Source: an uncultured bacterium
GTDB taxonomy: Bacteria; Patescibacteriota; Minisyncoccia; Phycocordibacterales; UBA9973
DNA length: 64,000 nt
Assembly (NCBI GenBank): GCA_903892035.1
Contig: CAITGV010000001.1
Span: forward strand, 355,310 to 419,309
Reading direction: 5' to 3'
A model generated the notes under the pieces. It had not been told where the DNA came from, did no database searches, and saw only the letters and a list, made by a program, of their open reading frames with translations. Shown one piece after another: positions 1 through 10,380 of this stretch. The position numbers were made by a program, and so were the translations under genes. Position 1 is the stretch's first letter, and each line of letters starts with the position of its first letter.

Positions 1-69
1 TCCAAATATGAAGACAAAGATGAAAATAAATATTATGGTGAAGACTAATATGTATGATAAAATAAATTT

Positions 70-420
70 ATGGTAAATTCTATTCAAAAATTATTTCATA
101 CGGATCGTTGGTGGGGGAAGACAATTCTTACTGCATTTGCTTATACATTATATTGGGGCGTTTTTTATGGAAGTTGGTTTTTAATTCCTTATAATTTTTT
201 TTATGATAGAAATATCATAATAAATCCATATTTATTTATAGGAGTTTTTGCTTTAATAATACCAGCTATCAGTTTTTTAATTCCAAAATTTTTTAAAAAA
301 GTATTTACAATAAATTATACTTTTCTTTACTGTATGCATGTTTTTCTGATCCTATTATCGCTTATTCTTTTTGTTTATGTTGGTTTAAATTTGGCCTTTA
401 GTCACTTTTCCATCGGTTAA
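70..420 (+). CDS. Hypothetical membrane protein
   Basis: 116-aa ORF with about three hydrophobic segments; no family recognised. Confidence 0.6.
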   Translation: MVNSIQKLFHTDRWWGKTILTAFAYTLYWGVFYGSWFLIPYNFFYDRNIIINPYLFIGVFALIIPAISFLIPKFFKKVFTINYTFLYCMHVFLILLSLILFVYVGLNLAFSHFSIG

Positions 421-471
421 ACTATCTACTTTAGTTGAGTAGAGTGGACAGAAGGGTGGTATAATGTAGGT

Positions 472-903
472 ATGAACAATTCATACAATTGGTATTCGAC
501 TTTGATAAGGCCATCGTGGTCGCCACCCCCTTGGCTTTTTGGTCCGGTGTGGACCGTGCTCTATATAATGATAGCAATATCATTTGGAAAAGTTTTTATG
601 ATGCTTTCACAAAAGCAAATTCCTTTTGTCGTCGCTCTGCCTTTTATTTTAAATTTAATTTTCAACTTTTCCTTTACGTACTTTCAATTTGTTTTGAAAA
701 ACAACCTCCTCGCTGCGATCGACATACTTCTCATACTCGGTACTCTCATCTGGGCTATGATTGTTTTGTATTCCGTCGCACAAAAACTTATAAGTACAGG
801 AGGGGAGAATATTTTTTGGACTGTATATTTAATTATTCCGTACCTCCTCTGGGTTTCTTTCGCGACCGTGCTTCAGCTCACAATTACATTTTTAAATAAA
901 TAA
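472..903 (+). CDS. tspO: TspO/MBR family tryptophan-rich sensory protein
   Basis: WYSTLIRPSWSPPPWLFGPVWTVLY and PYLLWVSFA motifs. Confidence 0.9.
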   Translation: MNNSYNWYSTLIRPSWSPPPWLFGPVWTVLYIMIAISFGKVFMMLSQKQIPFVVALPFILNLIFNFSFTYFQFVLKNNLLAAIDILLILGTLIWAMIVLYSVAQKLISTGGENIFWTVYLIIPYLLWVSFATVLQLTITFLNK

Positions 904-1029
904 AAAATAGCAATCGTTTACTTTACCCATTCGCAATAAGGGAAGGGGTTTTTAAACTTGACTTTAAGTAAAAAATATATTACAATGTGGCCGGTAAAAA
1001 ATGTATATTAACAAAAAAAATAAAATAAA

Positions 1030-2094
1030 ATGGAAGAAAAAACGAAAAAAACCGTAACAGTAAACACTACTCGGGTTAGAGAACTAAGTTCCGATTTAAA
1101 ATCGCCGGTAGAAATCGCAAAGAAACTGCATATCTCGCCCGATATGCTAACACCTTTATTCAAAAAAGGTGTGACGAAGTTTGTTTTCAGGCAAAAATCC
1201 TACATGAGCGTAAAAGAGGTTTGTGAATATTTAAAAATTCCAAATCTAAATGAGCCTTATGTTGGCATCAATGAAATCGCCGAGTACCTAAGTAAAAAGA
1301 GGTATGAGGTAATCGAGTTGGTGAAATCGGACATCCCAATTAGATTTTTTCAGTCTGAAGAAGGAAAGGGAAATAAGATTTTTTTCTTAAAGTCTCAATT
1401 CATTGAAGATGTTGAAAAATTTGGAGGCAAGGACGTATCACTTTCTTCATTTGAACCAAAGATTTTTTCTTTAGAGAGAAATAGGGGTGTTGTTGAATCA
1501 AACCTCGAAAGCTTATTTAATGGCGGAGAAATCGACGAGCGCTCTTACAAAATTTTTTCAGCTTTCGTTTTGGATTTCAGAGAAAAAAATGACATTTCAG
1601 CTGAATTTAACCTGACGAAGGAGTCCATTCGCCAGACTATCAAAAAAGTTTATAGTCTTTTGGATAATTTAAGCAACAATATGCTTTCTTATCTAAAAGA
1701 TTATAGAAAAGTGAATGATGAAAACGAAAAGCTTGTAGCAGAAAATCGCAAGCTTAAGGGTCGCATTGTTTCATTGGAGCATAATGAAAAGAAATTAGAG
1801 AAAACGATAATTTCTTTAAAAAATGTTCTAGTGAATGCCGGCAAAGAAGCTCAAGATCTTGCCGATGGGGTAATTGATGTAAAAGTCCCCACAGACACAA
1901 TTGAGTACCTGCACGAGAAAAAAGAAATTTCCTATGGTCTATATAATCGCCTTAAAATAAATAATATTCCTAATTTAGATATTTTGTGTACTTACACAAA
2001 AATCAAATTAATGAAAATTGAAAATTTCGGCATTATAAAACTTAAGGAAGTTACCAAGCTTCTCAAGAAGCATGGTAAAAAATTAAAGTCTTAG
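1030..2094 (+). CDS. Putative transcription regulator: HTH repeats, sigma70 region-4-like HTH, coiled coil, RNAP alpha-CTD-like C-terminus
   Basis: ISAEFNLTKESIRQ resembles sigma region 4; YNRLKINNI...LMKIENFGIIKLKEV resembles alpha-CTD. Confidence 0.55.
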   Translation: MEEKTKKTVTVNTTRVRELSSDLKSPVEIAKKLHISPDMLTPLFKKGVTKFVFRQKSYMSVKEVCEYLKIPNLNEPYVGINEIAEYLSKKRYEVIELVKSDIPIRFFQSEEGKGNKIFFLKSQFIEDVEKFGGKDVSLSSFEPKIFSLERNRGVVESNLESLFNGGEIDERSYKIFSAFVLDFREKNDISAEFNLTKESIRQTIKKVYSLLDNLSNNMLSYLKDYRKVNDENEKLVAENRKLKGRIVSLEHNEKKLEKTIISLKNVLVNAGKEAQDLADGVIDVKVPTDTIEYLHEKKEISYGLYNRLKINNIPNLDILCTYTKIKLMKIENFGIIKLKEVTKLLKKHGKKLKS

Positions 2095-2567
2095 TATTTA
2101 GAAAGCAGCTGGATGATCTCCAGCTGTCTTTTTTTGCCTAAAATTAAAACCTTGCCCCGCAAGGCCGGATGCAGGAAGAGGCCTTGCGGGGTTGTTTGTG
2201 GTAGGAAAATTAAAATCATTCTCTATTCTATTACTCATATCTAGGAGGGCGCTACTTCCAAGGTGTCGGGGAAACGAAAAAAGAGCCAATTAAGAACGAA
2301 TACTGGGAGTGCCCGAAGTGCTATCGGGGGAAATAAGGAAGTTTCCCCAGCTTTTAATATCAAAATGCAAATTAAAAGTAAATGCTTTTACTTTTAATTT
2401 GGTGTCCCAAGAGTTGCCCCGCAAGGAGTACCTTGCGGGGCTTGGCAGGCGGGGCAGATGGCAAAAGATCCAGATTTTAAAAATCCTTCCGGCGGGCATT
2501 AAAAACCAAAACCCCGAATTTTTAAGCTTGGAAAATGGGGCAAAATGTGGGAGACAAGTTATCCCCA

Positions 2568-2597
2568 TTGACTGTGAACGGTAGTTTACAGTATACT
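2568..2597 (+). promoter_or_regulatory. Sigma70 promoter with LexA-like operator upstream of the R-M operon
   Basis: TTGACT-18-TATACT, with GTGAAC-ggta-GTTTAC (2574-2589) in the spacer. Confidence 0.65.
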
Positions 2598-2673
2598 TAG
2601 ACTGTAGTCGTTAAAATAATATTATAATAATCTTAAGTATTTGTAGTAAAAATTTGCTACAATAAATAAACAC

Positions 2674-3597
2674 ATGAAAACACCACTTAACTATACAGGC
2701 AATAAGTCACGATTAATGGATCAATTTAAAAATCATTTTCCAAAAGATGTTAACGTGTTTGTTGATTTATTTTGTGGTGGTGCAACTGTCGGTTTGAGTG
2801 TAGATGCAAAAAAGGTTATTTTTATAGATAACAATATTAATGTAATTAATCTACTAAAGCATCTATCAAAATATAATTTTGATACACTACTACTCAGATT
2901 AGAAACATTGGTGGAAAAATATGGTCTATCTTACTCAGCTAAGCATGGTTATAAAAAATACAAAAAACTATCCGGAGAGACTGATAATAACGGATTTAAG
3001 GAATATAATACATTGGGTTATTACAAACTACGCTCAGATTACAACTCAGTAAAAGATAAGTCTTCCAAAGAAGCGTGCGACCTCCTCTATCTTTTGGTTG
3101 TCTATGCTTTCAATAACGATATGCGTTTCAATAGAAGTGGGGAATTTAACCTACCTATTGGCAAGACTGATTTAAATAAAAATAATATAGAGAAACTAAA
3201 ACAGTATATTGATAGAGTTAAAAAGATAGATTGTGATTTTATATGTGGTGATTTCAGAGAGGAAAATATAAAAAAGATTTTAATGGATGCAGATTTTATT
3301 TATGCTGATCCACCTTATCTGATAGGTAATGCTGTTTATAATGAAACAAGTAACTGGACAGAACAAACAGAACAGGAACTTATCGATTTATTAGAGTTGT
3401 TGAATAAAAGCAAAAAGAGGTTTGCAGTTTCAAATGTTTTAGATAAAGTCGGGGCATCAAATAAACCACTGTCTGATTGGTTGTTTAATCGAAACGATCT
3501 TCATATAGTTGACATTGATTACCACTATAGGGGTGCCAGTTATAATAAAATCAATAGAGCCGCAAGAGAAAGAGAAGTATTGATAAAAAATTTCTAA
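2674..3597 (+). CDS. N6-adenine DNA methyltransferase (Dam/D12 class)
   Basis: PLNYTGNK, DLFCGG (motif I), YADPPY (motif IV). Confidence 0.92.
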   Translation: MKTPLNYTGNKSRLMDQFKNHFPKDVNVFVDLFCGGATVGLSVDAKKVIFIDNNINVINLLKHLSKYNFDTLLLRLETLVEKYGLSYSAKHGYKKYKKLSGETDNNGFKEYNTLGYYKLRSDYNSVKDKSSKEACDLLYLLVVYAFNNDMRFNRSGEFNLPIGKTDLNKNNIEKLKQYIDRVKKIDCDFICGDFREENIKKILMDADFIYADPPYLIGNAVYNETSNWTEQTEQELIDLLELLNKSKKRFAVSNVLDKVGASNKPLSDWLFNRNDLHIVDIDYHYRGASYNKINRAAREREVLIKNF

Positions 3598-3601
3598 TTG
3601 T

Positions 3602-4612
3602 ATGGACTTATTGATTGGGAATAGAAGATACACAGGAAGCAAAAAAGCTCTCCTTGAAGATATTTATACAAGTATCAGTCCTTACCCTAAAGGAAGGATT
3701 GTATTTGCTGACTTATTTGCTGGTACTGGAATAGTGTCTGCCTTCATGCTTGGGAAGGGAATGAGTGTTATTGTAAATGATTTTTTGCAGTCGAATTATA
3801 TAGCATATCAAGCTTGGTTTGGATGTGGAGATTATAGTAAAAAAAAACTTGAGCGGATTATTGCTGAATTTAACTCCCTAAATAGCAGTAAGCTAAAAGA
3901 AAATTATTTCTCTAAGATTTACGGCAATAAATACTTTTCTGTATCTGATGCTAAAAAAATAGGATATATAAGAGAAAAACTCGAAAAAATAAAACTTACA
4001 AAGCGTGAAAAAAGCATACTAGTAACTTCACTCATGTACGCAACCGACAAGATTGCTAATACTGTCGGACATTTTGAGCATTTTCTTTCAAAAAAACCTC
4101 AAGATAAGGGAGTTTTATTGAAATTACCACATATTGAGCCATTTATTGGAAATGCAACAATATACAAAATGGATGCTAATAAACTTGCACGTGAGATTAC
4201 TTGTGATATTGCGTATATTGACCCGCCCTATAATGCTCGCCAGTATGTAAATTTTTACCACGTTCTGGAAAACTTAGTGCAGTGGGATAAACCAACTGAG
4301 TTTGAAGGAACTTCAATGAAGTTTAAAAGAAATCATTTAAAAAGTGATTACTCAAAGTCAAAAGCACCTATGGTTTTCAAAGATCTAATTGATAATTTAC
4401 AAGCAAAGTTAATTGTGGTATCGTATAATAACACTTACTCCGCAAAGAGTAGTGCCTCTAATAATAAAATATCTGAATCCCAGTTATTAGATATTCTTTC
4501 GTCTAAAGGTAAAGTCACGGTTAGCGAAATCAAACACAGGTCTTTTAATAGCGGTAAAACAGACTTCAAGGATCATAAAGAAATCTTATATATCTGTAAA
4601 ACAAATTTATGA
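3602..4612 (+). CDS. Second N6-adenine DNA methyltransferase (FokI-type half)
   Basis: RRYTGSK, DLFAGTG, YIDPPYN. Confidence 0.92.
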   Translation: MDLLIGNRRYTGSKKALLEDIYTSISPYPKGRIVFADLFAGTGIVSAFMLGKGMSVIVNDFLQSNYIAYQAWFGCGDYSKKKLERIIAEFNSLNSSKLKENYFSKIYGNKYFSVSDAKKIGYIREKLEKIKLTKREKSILVTSLMYATDKIANTVGHFEHFLSKKPQDKGVLLKLPHIEPFIGNATIYKMDANKLAREITCDIAYIDPPYNARQYVNFYHVLENLVQWDKPTEFEGTSMKFKRNHLKSDYSKSKAPMVFKDLIDNLQAKLIVVSYNNTYSAKSSASNNKISESQLLDILSSKGKVTVSEIKHRSFNSGKTDFKDHKEILYICKTNL

Positions 4613-6015
4613 GTTTATTACAAACATATATAGAAAGAAATAAAAATCATGAGTGGTTTGCTAAATATTTTTCTTTAGGAAAAGGTAGTAGTGGTCGTTT
4701 GTTTGAGTATACTAACACTAATTTTAGAGAGCAAAAATCTTTTTTTGAGCAATTTAAAAAATTTGAAAAGATTGAAGATAAAGAAAGGAAAGACTGGGGA
4801 TTAGTTGAATCTAGTGGACAAGAAAAAGATAAGCAGAGAGTTGTAAATATGCTTGCCTCGAAGCTTTTTATGAGGGAGTTAAAAGGCGCAAGAAGGTCTA
4901 AAAATTTTATTTTTCATAAGACCAAAAAAGGTGCAATATACCACAAGTTTTTAAGTGAAAATTTCTCCGAACCAGAAAAGTGGTTTCTAAATTACCTATT
5001 TTTATTGGATGGTCATTATACAAACGAGGAGAGATATATAATCAAAAGAACCAATTTACTTCATCAGAAAATGTCGGCGGTTATTTTAAATACAGAAGCA
5101 TTAATAAGAAAAATAGAAGAAGTTATTGATAAGTCATACAATAAATATGAGTTGATAAAAAAAGATTTTTTCTACCTTAGTTCTTTTTACGATGACGCAG
5201 AATTTTTAGAACTATATTTACATTCAAATGATTTAGAAAAAAAAGAATTGCATGACTATATAAGTAAAAATTTAAAAGAAAAAAATGATGCATGTTGTAT
5301 ATCTAAAAAATATAAACCCAAGAGTAATTTTAATGCGGGTACTTTTATCGATGAAAGTAAGGTATTTTACTTCACTCTTATTTTAGAACAAGTAAAAAAT
5401 AATAATATAAGCAATGTGGTAACTCAATTATTGAGAAAGTATACTTTTATATATAAAAAAACAAATGTCAAAAAAGTCAAAAGTTTTATTGACGAAAAGT
5501 TTGCATTGGATATTTTTTATGCAGTATTTGTTAACGTTCTTGATATAAAAGAAGAACTAACAGAGGAAACTCGCGTAGCAGTAGAGGGGATGGAACTAGA
5601 AGAAGTCGGTCCTCAGAATTATATAGATGATACTACAATTGAAGGAAGGAGGATAACAAAACAATTATTTACACTTAAGAAAAAAAGAGCAAGAGAAATT
5701 GCTAATTATAAGTGTTCTCTAGAGAAACTGAATAATTGTAGATATTTCACTAATAAAGTAAGCAATAAGCCATATATTGAGGTTAATCATCTTATACCGC
5801 AAGAATTTAGGAATGAATTTTCTAATTCAATTGAGGTTTTTGCTAATTATACTGCCATATGTCCTCACTGCCACGCAATGTTACATAAGGCGGTAGATAA
5901 TGAAAGAAAACCATTAATAAATTATTTATACAATGAGAGATCAGCCAAATTAGAAGCCATGGGCATAGGTGTTGAATTAAAAACACTGTATGAATTTTAT
6001 AGAATTAATATTTAA
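4609..6015 (+). CDS. HNH endonuclease, probable restriction subunit (Type IIS-like)
   Basis: C-terminal IEVNHLIP...N...CPHCHAMLH; 4-nt overlap with the MTase gene. Confidence 0.75.
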   Translation: MSLLQTYIERNKNHEWFAKYFSLGKGSSGRLFEYTNTNFREQKSFFEQFKKFEKIEDKERKDWGLVESSGQEKDKQRVVNMLASKLFMRELKGARRSKNFIFHKTKKGAIYHKFLSENFSEPEKWFLNYLFLLDGHYTNEERYIIKRTNLLHQKMSAVILNTEALIRKIEEVIDKSYNKYELIKKDFFYLSSFYDDAEFLELYLHSNDLEKKELHDYISKNLKEKNDACCISKKYKPKSNFNAGTFIDESKVFYFTLILEQVKNNNISNVVTQLLRKYTFIYKKTNVKKVKSFIDEKFALDIFYAVFVNVLDIKEELTEETRVAVEGMELEEVGPQNYIDDTTIEGRRITKQLFTLKKKRAREIANYKCSLEKLNNCRYFTNKVSNKPYIEVNHLIPQEFRNEFSNSIEVFANYTAICPHCHAMLHKAVDNERKPLINYLYNERSAKLEAMGIGVELKTLYEFYRINI

Positions 6016-6124
6016 AAGAAAATAAAACTTATAAATAGAAGAAGACTCCAACTAGGAATATGGGTCAATGTGTGTTATTGTTTTAATATATAAAACCTAT
6101 TATTATTTTAACTATTTAAGCATT

Positions 6125-7822
6125 ATGGAATTAATTAAAAGTTCGTCAAGAAGAAATGTAGATAATTTGTTTAATTCTTCTACAGAAATTTATAAAATAC
6201 CTGATTATCAAAGAGATTATAAATGGACAACCGACGAAGCTGAACAATTTTTAGAAGATTTCTCAAATGCTGATTTTTTTGAACCACAGTACTTGGGAGT
6301 TATTGTAACAAATTCGTCACAAACTAAGTATCGAACGTTTGACGAAATTGAAGTTATTGATGGACAACAAAGACTAACTACATTATTTTTAATATTTTTA
6401 GCAATAAGAAAATTTGCCAAAGATAACAATAATGATTCTTTGGTTATAACCTTAGATCAAAAATTAATATCACACGAAGAACTGCATCAGATTTATAAAA
6501 TTAAAACTCATAAATATTTACAAGATTTTTTTGATGCTGCATTTAATTATAAAAGTGGCTCGGCGCTTAAAGGAAAAACCGTCAAAAAAGTATATGAAGC
6601 AATTTATAATTACATTTCAACATATATAAAACCTGATCGTTTGAAAGATTTTTATTTAGCAGTTATAAAATCGGAGTTCGTTTACATTGAAATAGGGAAT
6701 GCTTCTCCTTTTGAAATTTTTGAGCGAATGAATTACCGCGGTATGGATCTGGCAGTATCTGATTTATTAAAGAATAAATTATTTTTACAGGCACACAAGA
6801 CTGACGATTTAGAAAATATGAAAGAGCATTGGGATAAAATAATAGATGACGCAGGAAGGGTCACTGACAACATAAATAAACTTAGTTTTTCTGCCTTAAT
6901 TCGCTATTTCTATATTTCAAGATTTGGATACATAACAGAAAAAAAATTATATGGTAAATTAGTTGATCAATATAATACACATTATAAGGATAATTTAAAT
7001 ATATTTATTGAAGATTTTGAATCGGTAATTAAATTGCTCTTAATATTATCAAAAAAAAGAAATGAATTATCTTCTGAGGAAATTAAGAGTCTACCAGGTA
7101 GAAATTCTGAGAGAGGTTATTTAAGAACGATATTATCCCTGAAGACTTTTGGAGTTATTCAACCATATTCGCTACTTCTTTCGTTGTTTGCAAAAGAACG
7201 TAATTTAGATTTAAGAAATTGGTTAAATAGAATTGAAGTGTTTCATTTTGTCTATTCATATATTTCGAATGGTCCCGCCCGTGAATTTGAGAAGAAATAT
7301 TCTGAAACTGCAAAAAATGTATTTAATGCAGAGTCAGATAATGACGTTCAAGCTGAATTGAATAACTTTGTTAATGATTTAGGTATTCTGATAAATAAGA
7401 CCACGACAAAGGAAAAATTTATTAGTGATGTTTCGTCTAAGTTGGTTTACGGTTCGGACAGTGATGCAATCAAATTTTTTTATGAATATATCGAAGAAGA
7501 ATATTTTGGAAGAAATCTACAGGGAATTACATTTATAAATAATCCGCAAATTTCGTTAGACCATATTTGTCCTCAAAATGAAAAAGAAGACCATAGTTTA
7601 GGCAATTTAATTGTTTTAGAAACTGATATTAATCAACAACTTCAAGATGCTAGCTATAAAATAAAAAAGGAAAAGATTCTTTCTGGTAGTGGAATTAGTA
7701 TTACAAAAGAACTATTTAATAAATATGATAATTGGGGGGAAGATCAAATTAATGATTGGGGTAAGTATATTGCTTCTATTTTTTGGGACGAAATCGTTAT
7801 TAAGTATTTTAATCTAAGGTAA
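6125..7822 (+). CDS. DUF262-DUF1524 (GmrSD/SspE-like) nuclease
   Basis: IPDYQRDYKW, DGQQRLTT, FERMNYRG, LDHICPQ...LGNL; start moved to ATG 6125. Confidence 0.88.
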   Translation: MELIKSSSRRNVDNLFNSSTEIYKIPDYQRDYKWTTDEAEQFLEDFSNADFFEPQYLGVIVTNSSQTKYRTFDEIEVIDGQQRLTTLFLIFLAIRKFAKDNNNDSLVITLDQKLISHEELHQIYKIKTHKYLQDFFDAAFNYKSGSALKGKTVKKVYEAIYNYISTYIKPDRLKDFYLAVIKSEFVYIEIGNASPFEIFERMNYRGMDLAVSDLLKNKLFLQAHKTDDLENMKEHWDKIIDDAGRVTDNINKLSFSALIRYFYISRFGYITEKKLYGKLVDQYNTHYKDNLNIFIEDFESVIKLLLILSKKRNELSSEEIKSLPGRNSERGYLRTILSLKTFGVIQPYSLLLSLFAKERNLDLRNWLNRIEVFHFVYSYISNGPAREFEKKYSETAKNVFNAESDNDVQAELNNFVNDLGILINKTTTKEKFISDVSSKLVYGSDSDAIKFFYEYIEEEYFGRNLQGITFINNPQISLDHICPQNEKEDHSLGNLIVLETDINQQLQDASYKIKKEKILSGSGISITKELFNKYDNWGEDQINDWGKYIASIFWDEIVIKYFNLR

Positions 7823-7934
7823 TTTAACTGCGTTAATTCCTAAATCTGTAGGTTTTTAAAAAAGACTAATGGACTAATGGGGTCAGGTACCATTATTTTC
7901 AAATTGAATTACTTAACCTGATATAATACCCCCC

Positions 7935-8276
7935 ATGTCAACCAAACAAAGCACGATAGACTATATTTTGGATCAGTTGGTGGATAGGAGCCGGGTTTCG
8001 GCGCGGAAGATGTTTGGCGAGTATGCGCTTTATTGTGATGGTAGGGTTGTGGCTTTGGTGTGCGATGATACATTGTTTGTGAAGATTACGGAGGAGGGCA
8101 AGGATTTTGTCGGCAAGCATTACAAAGAAGGCTTTGCGTACAAGGGCGCCAAAGCATCAATGGTGATAGACGAAGACCGTATCGAGGACCGAGAGTGGTT
8201 GGGGGAGTTGATCCGCATCACCGCTTTGCATGTGCCACTGCCGAAAGTGAAAAATAAATCTAAAAAAAGGAATTAA
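7935..8276 (+). CDS. TfoX/Sxy N-terminal domain protein
   Basis: RKMFGEYALYCDG...VCDDTLFVK. Confidence 0.85.
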   Translation: MSTKQSTIDYILDQLVDRSRVSARKMFGEYALYCDGRVVALVCDDTLFVKITEEGKDFVGKHYKEGFAYKGAKASMVIDEDRIEDREWLGELIRITALHVPLPKVKNKSKKRN

Positions 8277-8298
8277 AGTCCTGTGATAGAATATATTT

Positions 8299-8664
8299 AT
8301 GTACCTAAACCCTCTAACTGAAGAAGAGAAAAGAGTTCTAATTGATAAAGGCACGGAGATGCCTTTTGCGGGTGAGTATGTGAACAATACTGCTCATGGG
8401 GTGTATGTGTGTCGGCAATGTGGTGCACCTTTGTATAATTCGAAAGACAAATTTGAAAGTACGTGTGGATGGCCGAGTTTTGATCAAGAAATTCCTGGTG
8501 CAATAAAGCGGGCTTCATATATTGATCCGAGATTTGGCCAAGAAATAACTTGTGCAAGTTGTGGTGGGCACCTAGGGCATATATTTGAAGGGGAAATGCT
8601 GACCGATAAGAACATTCGTCATTGCGTGAATTCAATTTCGTTTAAATTCATTGAGGGGAAATAG
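8299..8664 (+). CDS. msrB: Peptide-methionine (R)-S-oxide reductase
   Basis: KFESTCGWPSF, CGGHLGHIF, RHCVNS. Confidence 0.95.
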   Translation: MYLNPLTEEEKRVLIDKGTEMPFAGEYVNNTAHGVYVCRQCGAPLYNSKDKFESTCGWPSFDQEIPGAIKRASYIDPRFGQEITCASCGGHLGHIFEGEMLTDKNIRHCVNSISFKFIEGK

Positions 8665-8698
8665 GAACTAATATTTTTTGATTAATTCAGGACTGTTT

Positions 8699-9814
8699 TT
8701 ATATTTTTTTCCTTCTTAATATAAAAAAATAGTAAAGAATTGCAATAATAATAATAGTTATTTGACCAGGGTAGCGAGTGCTTAAAGTATACGGTAAAGC
8801 AATGAATGCGAGTGACTTGCTCGGGCGCTTGCTTTCTCTATAAGCTATAATTTTTTTCATTTGTTCTTCATTTTTAGCTTTTACTGTAGCGAGTTCTTCT
8901 GGGCTTAGTTGAACTGATTCGCCATTTTTATCGTATTTAAATTCTGGTAATATTGGAAACATGGCTTTTTCAGCTTGAAAATCTTTAAGGAAAGTGGATT
9001 CAGATTTATTTTCGATGGGTTGTATTGCAAGTCTAAGTGGTAAACCCAAGAACATTGTTGCGTATGAGATCGGAGGTACGTAAGACAATAATAAGATAAT
9101 AAGAACTATTGGAATATAGTAAGGGTATTTTTTTCTTTTATTTGCTTGCTGGATTATAGTATTTTTTTTAAATTTAATTTTTCTAACTATAAAGATAAAG
9201 AAAATAATAAGTGCAATAATAAAACCAAAAACTATCATTTGATTATATATATAGCCAAGTGATAAAGAGTCTGCAAATGCTCCTTGTTTGAGAGTTCCTT
9301 TGAAGGGAACAACCTCCTTGATATTTTTTCCTGTAAAATATTTACCAGTTCCTATTTCTGTGTAAAATGGTGGGTGTGTATCAAAAAGCTTCATCCCGCT
9401 CATTGGCCCAGGTAACAGTAGTTGTGGTAAAAAATATTCTTTCTTTACCTGAACAATACTGTCTTTTGGTAATATCGTTTGTTGTTGTCCAACAGAACCG
9501 AGTTTGTAATCTCTATCTAATTGTATTTGTCCCGTAGCTGAATTTACACCTGAACTCGCGGTGTTAATGAATAAAAAAATTGTAATTACAAAAAAAGCTA
9601 TTGTTGCGCATAGTATAATTATCCATTTTTTATTCGACGTGTTATTTATCGGCTCTGGCACGATTATATTTTCTGGGATAATTTCAGAAAATGCTTCTTC
9701 TATATCTGCTTCGTTCCAGTTGCTTTGTTGTCTCAGTGTAGCTTTGATCTCATCTTTAGTTTTTCCTACAGCAAGTGAGTTTTTAATATAATCAACAAAT
9801 TCTTTTGTAATCAT
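8699..9814 (-). CDS. Hypothetical multi-pass membrane protein
   Basis: 371-aa ORF with several TM segments and a short helical N-terminal domain. Confidence 0.7.
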   Translation of the reverse strand: MITKEFVDYIKNSLAVGKTKDEIKATLRQQSNWNEADIEEAFSEIIPENIIVPEPINNTSNKKWIIILCATIAFFVITIFLFINTASSGVNSATGQIQLDRDYKLGSVGQQQTILPKDSIVQVKKEYFLPQLLLPGPMSGMKLFDTHPPFYTEIGTGKYFTGKNIKEVVPFKGTLKQGAFADSLSLGYIYNQMIVFGFIIALIIFFIFIVRKIKFKKNTIIQQANKRKKYPYYIPIVLIILLLSYVPPISYATMFLGLPLRLAIQPIENKSESTFLKDFQAEKAMFPILPEFKYDKNGESVQLSPEELATVKAKNEEQMKKIIAYRESKRPSKSLAFIALPYTLSTRYPGQITIIIIAILYYFFILRRKKI

Positions 9815-9939
9815 TTTTTAAGTATATTATTTAAGACAAATAAATACAAATTTTGCACTTGATGTGTCGAAAATAAAACAGAACATCTTTAATTAAAAAA
9901 AGATTTCGTATTCAAGAATATAATTGTTATACTGCAATT

Positions 9940-10290
9940 ATGGAATATTGGATCAAGAGACTTTCTCATCCACTCCGAGGACTGAAATATGCCTTTACTC
10001 GCGATTTTGCTATTCAGTTTGAAACAATAGTTTTTGGAATTATTGGTTTACCACTCGTGTATTTTTTATTCAAACTTTCAGCCAAAGAATTACTTCTACT
10101 TATATTTTGTTGGTTTTTTATTGTTGTTACTGAAATTCAAAATTCGTCTATTGAAATAGCTCTTACCAAACTTCACCCAGAGAACGATGAGGCGATTGGA
10201 CGAAGCAAAGACCTTGCTTCGGCAGCTGTCGTGTGGGCATTTATATTCGGACTCATTTGTTTATTGTTTGTAATAAGTGGAAAAATTTAA
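9940..10290 (+). CDS. dgkA: Diacylglycerol/undecaprenol kinase family protein
   Basis: EIQNSSIE and SKDLASAAV motifs; three TM segments. Confidence 0.85.
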   Translation: MEYWIKRLSHPLRGLKYAFTRDFAIQFETIVFGIIGLPLVYFLFKLSAKELLLLIFCWFFIVVTEIQNSSIEIALTKLHPENDEAIGRSKDLASAAVVWAFIFGLICLLFVISGKI

Positions 10291-10323
10291 AAAAGTAGAA
10301 ATGCAAACAAGAGTTAGTTATCC

Positions 10324-10361
10324 ACAAATATCTTGTGAACATATGTTCACAAGATATTTGT
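10324..10361. promoter_or_regulatory. 38-bp perfect palindrome centred on GTGAAC-atat-GTTCAC
   Basis: acaaatatcttgtgaacat/atgttcacaagatatttgt just upstream of the RhuM-Fic gene; overlapped at its left end by TTATCCACA (10318-10326). Confidence 0.7.
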
Positions 10362-10380
10362 TTGGTGGTAAAATTAAAGT

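Noticed and set aside
2098-2584. Three short ORFs upstream of the R-M operon
   Set aside because: They overlap each other across palindromic repeats, use poor starts and show no recognisable motifs.
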